The position numbers and the translations under genes are program-made. Below the pieces are notes generated by a model that was not told the origin of the DNA, searched no databases, and saw nothing but the letters and a program-made list of their open reading frames with translations. A stretch of DNA of 41,763 bases from a virus (taxonomy: Duplodnaviria; Caudoviricetes). The DNA is taken from positions 1 through 41,763 of IMG/VR virus record IMGVR_UViG_3300020294_000009, one strand, 5' to 3'. Below, piece after piece: positions 37,539 through 41,763 of this stretch; the stretch's first letter is position 1, and each line of letters opens with the position of its first letter.

Positions 37539-38009
37539 ATGGCTGAAGAAATTAAAGAAGAAGTAGTAGAAGAAACTCCAGAAGAAAAGAAGGGGTTGCT
37601 TCAGAAAGCAAAAGATGCTATACTACCTGATGCAGACGAACAAGCTGCGATCATCTCAACGATGGTCAGAATTGGCGTGTTGGTTTGGAGTGGAGGAATA
37701 TTGACTCTTAACTATGTGACAGTTCCAGGACTGGAACAACAGAAAATAGATCCGACATTTATAGCTTCAGTTTTTACAGGAGTTTTAGCTAGCTTCGGAA
37801 TTCAGACTGCTAGTAAGAAAGGTGACGGTACTATGAAGATGGATAAGAATGGCAATGCTCTTAATGGTAATGGTGGACCTCCTCCTCCAACTGCACAAGA
37901 GATTGAAGCAATCATTGCTAAAGCTGGTCCTACTCAAACAATTCGTATCGAACAAGCACCTCTAAAAATAGTTGGTGTATCTGATACAAAAGAAACCTTT
38001 AAAATGTAA
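37539..38009 (+). CDS. conserved cyanophage/cyanobacterial membrane protein (2 predicted TM segments)
   Basis: Hydrophobic segments IISTMVRIGVLVWSGGILTLNYV and IDPTFIASVFTGVLASFGI, with charged termini. Confidence 0.8.
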   Translation: MAEEIKEEVVEETPEEKKGLLQKAKDAILPDADEQAAIISTMVRIGVLVWSGGILTLNYVTVPGLEQQKIDPTFIASVFTGVLASFGIQTASKKGDGTMKMDKNGNALNGNGGPPPPTAQEIEAIIAKAGPTQTIRIEQAPLKIVGVSDTKETFKM

Positions 38010-38013
38010 AGTC

Positions 38014-38277
38014 ATGCAAAAAGTAATTAATGTACTCGCTATTGCGTCCACTGCTGTATCTGTTGCCGTTGTTGGCAGTGGGCTATATGTATATGTCAAC
38101 AGGGATTCCATCATTGATGGAGTTAAATCTCAAATTATGGAAGCAGTTACTGGATCTATCGGACTTCCTGGTGGATTGGGTGGAGGCGACCTTCCTATAG
38201 GAACACCTGATCTTGCTGCTCCTATGAATCCAATGGCAGGTGAAAATGCTGCTGCTGGAGGAACATCAATCTTTTAA
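38014..38277 (+). CDS. hypothetical signal-anchored protein (87 aa)
   Basis: MQKVINVLAIASTAVSVAVVGSGLYVYV followed by a Gly/Pro-rich tail. ATG lies just after the upstream stop. Confidence 0.8.
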   Translation: MQKVINVLAIASTAVSVAVVGSGLYVYVNRDSIIDGVKSQIMEAVTGSIGLPGGLGGGDLPIGTPDLAAPMNPMAGENAAAGGTSIF

Positions 38278-38280
38278 ATA

Positions 38281-38907
38281 ATGTTTAAATCTGTTACTCC
38301 ACCCATAACTGGGTGGTTGGAAGTTGATGTAGACAAACCCACTTTAGAATATCTTAATGAAAGGATTGATGCTGCTCATAGCGAAATCTTTTATGAAGAT
38401 GTAAAGAATAGACTAGCTGGTCATATATCATCTAGTCTATCTTTAGTTGATGTTGATAATAAATTTCATAATAATTTTTTAATAGAATGTGCTAATGAAT
38501 ATGATAAAGCATTTCCACATGCACATCGTATTGTAAATCATACAAATACAAGTAGAAATTTAGTATTAAATGGGTTTTGGGTAAATTATCAAAACAAACA
38601 TGAATTCAATCCACCCCATAATCATGGAGGTGTATTCTCATTTGTTATTTGGATAAAGATTCCAACATATCATAAAGACCAATCCAATTTAGAATTTTTA
38701 AAAGGTCAAGGTCATTCTGTTGCATCGAGTTTTGAAATGTCATATACAGATACTACAGGTCGTACTTGTCCATACATTTATGAAATGAATCCTGATATGG
38801 AAGGTAAAATGTTATTTTTTCCTTCTGCATTAAAACATTCTGTATATCCATTTTATGAATGTGACGATACTAGAATTTCAATATCAGGTAATTTATATTA
38901 TGCATAA
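38281..38907 (+). CDS. 2OG-Fe(II) oxygenase superfamily protein (TIGR02466-like)
   Basis: Motifs WVNYQNKHEFNPPHNHGGVFSFVIW, EGKMLFFPSALKHSVYPF and RISISGN. Confidence 0.85.
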   Translation: MFKSVTPPITGWLEVDVDKPTLEYLNERIDAAHSEIFYEDVKNRLAGHISSSLSLVDVDNKFHNNFLIECANEYDKAFPHAHRIVNHTNTSRNLVLNGFWVNYQNKHEFNPPHNHGGVFSFVIWIKIPTYHKDQSNLEFLKGQGHSVASSFEMSYTDTTGRTCPYIYEMNPDMEGKMLFFPSALKHSVYPFYECDDTRISISGNLYYA

Positions 38908-38936
38908 TCATATATAATAAATCAGAAGGAGTCACT

Positions 38937-39095
38937 ATGGGATTACCAGACAAAGCACAAAAAGTATTCGACAAAGTAGTCGAATGGGATAAAAAACTTA
39001 TTAAAAAATGTCAAGATAAATTTGGATGGACAGACTATCAAGTAGTTTGTATTTCTTTTGCTAAAGGATTTATTATAGGTGCGATTCTACTGTGA
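38937..39095 (+). CDS. small host-like protein with hydrophobic C-terminus (52 aa; below ORF-track cutoff)
   Basis: AAGGAG RBS; MGLPDKAQKVFDKVVEWDKKLIKKCQDKFGWTDYQVVCISFAKGFIIGAILL. Resembles small Prochlorococcus proteins (from memory, unverified). Confidence 0.8.
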   Translation: MGLPDKAQKVFDKVVEWDKKLIKKCQDKFGWTDYQVVCISFAKGFIIGAILL

Positions 39096-39253
39096 AATCT
39101 ACCAAATGGTCTGCTCAGGTATTAATGAGTTCAAATAGATTAACCAAAGTAGAATTCACCTGTGAGTCTAATTTGAGACAGGATGCAGAGCAAATTGCTA
39201 AGGCACTTTTTGGTGTGTCGGATGTCCGTCAATTAACTAGGTTGTGGAATTAA
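39092..39253 (+). CDS. hypothetical protein (53 aa, GTG start)
   Basis: GTGA overlap with the upstream stop; MKSTKWSAQVLMSSNRLTKVEFTCESNLRQDAEQIAKALFGVSDVRQLTRLWN. Confidence 0.7.
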   Translation: MKSTKWSAQVLMSSNRLTKVEFTCESNLRQDAEQIAKALFGVSDVRQLTRLWN

Positions 39254-39283
39254 CACTCAGTCAGTGAGTCAACACACAATTAG

Positions 39284-39297
39284 GTATTAATTACTAC
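39284..39297. promoter_or_regulatory. putative NtcA-binding site GTA-N8-TAC
   Basis: GTA TTAATTAC TAC in the largest intergenic gap of the window, 5 nt upstream of a TATAAT -10 box. Confidence 0.55.
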
Positions 39298-39299
39298 CA

Positions 39300-39313
39300 T
39301 GCTATAATAAATA
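39300..39313 (+). promoter_or_regulatory. extended -10 sigma70-type promoter (TGcTATAAT) overlapping a late promoter (AATAAATA)
   Basis: TG at 39300-39301, TATAAT at 39303-39308, ATAAATA at 39307-39313. Confidence 0.65.
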
Positions 39314-39338
39314 ATGACAGTATGGGATTGAAACTATC

Positions 39339-39509
39339 ATGCCCCTGACTAAGCATTATACAGTCGGTTATCACGACTCACAACTTCGTCATTTAGAAAT
39401 CTGCGAGTATGCTGCAGATTCCTATGAGGCAATACAAGACGCAAAAGAGGATGTTCCGTTTCTACGGGAGCATCCTCATTTTATTGACTTTGCTACTTTA
39501 GAAAAATGA
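39339..39509 (+). CDS. small His-rich host-like protein (56 aa)
   Basis: MPLTKHYTVGYHDSQLRHLEICEYAADSYEAIQDAKEDVPFLREHPHFIDFATLEK, the first substantial ORF after the promoter. Resembles conserved picocyanobacterial hypotheticals (unverified). Confidence 0.8.
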   Translation: MPLTKHYTVGYHDSQLRHLEICEYAADSYEAIQDAKEDVPFLREHPHFIDFATLEK

Positions 39510-39619
39510 GTAATATAACAAAAAATAAGCATGAGATTATGTGGTGGATGAGTAGACTCACCATCATGGGTACTTCACTAGGATTAGCAGCAACGCTTGC
39601 TGCTAAAGCATATGTCTGA
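39506..39619 (+). CDS. micro-protein with one hydrophobic helix (37 aa)
   Basis: ATGA overlap; MSNITKNKHEIMWWMSRLTIMGTSLGLAATLAAKAYV. Confidence 0.65.
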   Translation: MSNITKNKHEIMWWMSRLTIMGTSLGLAATLAAKAYV

Positions 39620-39722
39620 AGTAGTTTGGTCAATTAATATTATGCTGGGCTTGCTTTTATCGGGAGTAGGTGTTAGCATATACTACATATTCATGTATGA
39701 TACTTGGTGGCCAAATGACTGA
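39612..39722 (+). CDS. single-TM micro-protein (36 aa)
   Basis: 8-nt overlap with the upstream ORF; MSEVVWSINIMLGLLLSGVGVSIYYIFMYDTWWPND. Confidence 0.7.
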   Translation: MSEVVWSINIMLGLLLSGVGVSIYYIFMYDTWWPND

Positions 39723-39918
39723 CTTAGGACTTGATGCTTCACAGGAGACAAGAATTACTGTGATGCAATTGAAAATTGAGAGATTGGAAGAGAAGCAAGA
39801 CGAGTTGAGAGAAAGATTAAAAGTTGTAGAGAAATGGGTAATTGGTGCAGCAGCAGTATTGGCAGCAGGTACTACAGTCATAGGATTTGCTACTAACATA
39901 TCGAAAGCGTACTTGTAA
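39715..39918 (+). CDS. coiled-coil plus C-terminal TM protein (67 aa; XhlA-like architecture)
   Basis: ATG at 39715 overlaps the upstream ORF by 8 nt. Heptads LKIERLEEKQDELRERLKVVEK are followed by WVIGAAAVLAAGTTVIGFA. Confidence 0.8.
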   Translation: MTDLGLDASQETRITVMQLKIERLEEKQDELRERLKVVEKWVIGAAAVLAAGTTVIGFATNISKAYL

Positions 39919-40502
39919 TGGATAAAGTACCATATCTTTTAAAACGAGATGTATTCTCTGATGAAGAGTTGCGTCTCATTTTTGATGAGTTGCAGTTTTT
40001 AAATAACTCTTATTTAATGCAACCACCAAAGAATAGTGGTTCAGCAATATCTGATGGGAATATTATAAAAAATAATAAAGGTGTATTTCTTCGCAATGTA
40101 TATTGTAGAGAAGATGCTTCATCAATTATTAGATTACTTAAAGATAGGTTATCTGATTATGGAATACAATATTCTAAACTTCATATCGCAAATCTTACTG
40201 CAGCAGATACTAATGAGATATGGTTTTTAGTATCTTATTATGAGAATGAGGATTGTTATAAACCTCATGAAGATGCTACTTTTGCAACTGCATTATTCTG
40301 GTTTAACAAGGAACCACAAAAATTTACTGGTGGTGACTTAACTTTTAACAATACAAACGAAGTTGTTGAATATAAAAACAACACTTGTGTTATTTTTCCT
40401 GGATGGGCAAGACATTCTGTATCACCTGTATATTTTGATGGTGAAGGTGATAGAGAAGGAAGGTATTGTGTTACAGTAGGTATGCACATAGTTCCAAAAT
40501 GA
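39918..40502 (+). CDS. 2OG-Fe(II) dioxygenase, prolyl-4-hydroxylase-like
   Basis: HxD motif (YKPHED), FTGGDLTF, CVIFPGWARHSVSPV (distal His) and GRYCVT (2OG-binding Arg). Confidence 0.88.
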   Translation: MDKVPYLLKRDVFSDEELRLIFDELQFLNNSYLMQPPKNSGSAISDGNIIKNNKGVFLRNVYCREDASSIIRLLKDRLSDYGIQYSKLHIANLTAADTNEIWFLVSYYENEDCYKPHEDATFATALFWFNKEPQKFTGGDLTFNNTNEVVEYKNNTCVIFPGWARHSVSPVYFDGEGDREGRYCVTVGMHIVPK

Positions 40503-40873
40503 TAGAATTATTACTAGCAAATATCTCAGGTGAATGGATTCAGAGGATTAGAGAGCATGAATCTTTACAAAATAGAACACCTATAGAAGAAACCATAAAT
40601 AGCTCACTTGAGGATTTCAACGATGGGTGCAATGGTTCCACCGAGCAGAAAGAGCTGCTACAACTTCCGTGTTACGAAGATCAAGAAGGTCTTAGACGGA
40701 GACACGATAGATGTGATAATAGACCTTGGGTTCGACCTAGCGAAGACGGAGAGGGTGAGGATTGCTGGAGTAGACACACCAGAGAAGAGAACGAGGGACT
40801 TGGAGGAGAAGGCACTTGGATTAGATGCGACCAATTGGTTGAAGGGGAAATTAGAGGAGACAATAAAAGGTGA
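40499..40873 (+). CDS. hypothetical protein (124 aa) whose 3' 251 nt overlap the nuclease gene in another frame
   Basis: ATGA overlap with the oxygenase stop. It fills the 40503-40622 gap, and the frame stays open well into the nuclease gene. Confidence 0.65.
   Translation: MIELLLANISGEWIQRIREHESLQNRTPIEETINSSLEDFNDGCNGSTEQKELLQLPCYEDQEGLRRRHDRCDNRPWVRPSEDGEGEDCWSRHTREENEGLGGEGTWIRCDQLVEGEIRGDNKR
40594..40601 (+). promoter_or_regulatory. late promoter (CATAAATA) for the nuclease-gp17 unit
   Basis: NATAAATA followed by a GAGGA RBS (40610-40614) and ATG at 40623. Confidence 0.65.
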
Positions 40874-41084
40874 TGAAGAACTCATTATTAGAACTGAACT
40901 TAAGGGTGGCGTTGGGAAGTATGGTAGGCTTCTTGGTTGGCTCTATGTTGGCGACTCTGATCTTTCGTTAAATGAACAGATGATTACCGAAGGGTATGCT
41001 TGGGCATACGATGGTGGCACTAAGCAAAAGAACTTTGAAGATCTCCGAGAGATTCGCAGAGCACATGGTACGCTAGTAGAATAA
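40623..41084 (+). CDS. staphylococcal nuclease (SNase/thermonuclease) fold protein
   Basis: Motifs KVLDGDTIDV, RVRIAGVDTPE, KYGRLLGWLY and SLNEQMITEGYAWAY. Confidence 0.9.
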   Translation: MGAMVPPSRKSCYNFRVTKIKKVLDGDTIDVIIDLGFDLAKTERVRIAGVDTPEKRTRDLEEKALGLDATNWLKGKLEETIKGDEELIIRTELKGGVGKYGRLLGWLYVGDSDLSLNEQMITEGYAWAYDGGTKQKNFEDLREIRRAHGTLVE

Positions 41085-41763
41085 TGTCTAATCAAGATAT
41101 CTACCTTGGTAACCCCAATCTAAAGAAAGCAAATACAACCGTTGAGTTTGATGCTGAACAGATTCAAGAGTTTATCAAGTGTAAACAAGACCCAATATAT
41201 TTTGCAAGGAACTACATTAAAATTGTATCCTTGGATGAAGGTCTTGTACCATTTAAGATGTATGATTTTCAGGAGAAGTTGATTAGCAACTTCCATGAAT
41301 CTAGATTTAATATATGTAAAATGCCTCGGCAAACTGGTAAGTCAACAACTTGTGTTGCTTATCTCTTGCATTATATTGTTTTTAATGATAGTGTTAATGT
41401 AGGTATCCTAGCAAACAAAGCAGCAACTGCCAGAGAACTACTTGGTAGACTACAGACTGCTTATGAAAATTTGCCTAAGTGGATGCAACAGGGTATACTA
41501 TCCTGGAACAAAGGATCAATGGAGTTAGAAAATGGATCAAAGATATTGGCAGCTTCTACATCTGCAAGTGCTGTCCGAGGCATGTCATTCAATATCATTT
41601 TCCTCGACGAGTTCGCCTTTGTCCCAAATCATATCGCAGAAGCGTTCTTTAGTTCTGTTTACCCTACTATTACTTCTGGTAAGTCAACGAAAGTCATAAT
41701 GGTATCTACCCCTTGTGGTATGAATCATTTCTATAGGTATTGGCATGATGCACAAAGAGGTAA
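41084..41763 (+). CDS. gp17: terminase large subunit gp17, 5' partial (runs off window)
   Basis: MSNQDIYLGNPNLKKAN, Walker A PRQTGKST, Walker B IIFLDEFAF, and motif III VSTP. TAATG-coupled to the nuclease; absent from the ORF track because there is no in-frame stop. Confidence 0.97.
   Translation, partial: MSNQDIYLGNPNLKKANTTVEFDAEQIQEFIKCKQDPIYFARNYIKIVSLDEGLVPFKMYDFQEKLISNFHESRFNICKMPRQTGKSTTCVAYLLHYIVFNDSVNVGILANKAATARELLGRLQTAYENLPKWMQQGILSWNKGSMELENGSKILAASTSASAVRGMSFNIIFLDEFAFVPNHIAEAFFSSVYPTITSGKSTKVIMVSTPCGMNHFYRYWHDAQRG

Noticed and set aside
38275-38283. TTAAATA directly before the oxygenase ATG as a late promoter
   Set aside because: The transcription start would fall inside the gene. 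It is more simply a stop codon plus a 3-nt spacer.
38888-38922. GTA-N8-TAT and TATAAT upstream of the 52-aa gene
   Set aside because: The NtcA match is imperfect, there is no clear -35, and the context is very AT-rich, so it cannot be distinguished from chance.
39314-39348. Tiny upstream ORFs (ATG 39314, ATG 39322) and a weak hairpin over the 39339 start as a riboswitch or leader peptide
   Set aside because: Pairing is weak and I could not match it to a known RNA motif. An Rfam/Infernal search would be needed.
528-41332. Other short minus-strand and alternate-frame ORFs in the track
   Set aside because: All overlap confidently assigned + strand genes and are expected from codon bias. Only 40499-40873 has independent support (coupled start, gap filling, stop avoidance).
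41761-41763. Terminal TAA as the gp17 stop (truncated terminase)
   Set aside because: It is out of frame (GGT AA...). The gene simply continues beyond the window.

Overview
An AT-rich, gene-dense window, coding entirely on the + strand, from a T4-like marine cyanomyovirus (Kyanoviridae-type; Prochlorococcus/Synechococcus host inferred from host-like small genes). It covers the late structural module. Gene order: DUF2997, Ycf35/DUF1257, a 2OG-Fe(II) oxygenase, baseplate gp25, gp6, a giant 4818-aa gp7, gp8, a 2465-aa DUF4815/VrlC-like virion protein, small adaptor genes, a 1781-aa fibre, gp13, gp14, gp15 and terminase small subunit gp16. A variable island of about 12 small genes follows (two more 2OG-Fe(II) oxygenases, small membrane proteins, an SNase-fold nuclease), then the 5' part of terminase large subunit gp17. 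I saw no tRNA, rRNA, CRISPR array, intron or mobile element. Main observations: (1) an about 800-aa block of gp7 is built from one repeated domain inserted recursively into itself, in last-in-first-out order; (2) a 251-nt dual-coded overlap on the nuclease gene shows systematic synonymous stop avoidance; (3) a G-[IV]-[GSTA]-[TS] motif recurs across unrelated virion proteins and, with a Pro-rich tract and three dioxygenases, suggests virion post-translational modification; (4) an NtcA-type box in a repressor position precedes a coupled chain of host-like micro-genes; (5) a shared C-terminal IDGGx[FY] motif suggests daisy-chained fibre assembly. All family calls come from motif recognition and synteny, not from database searches.
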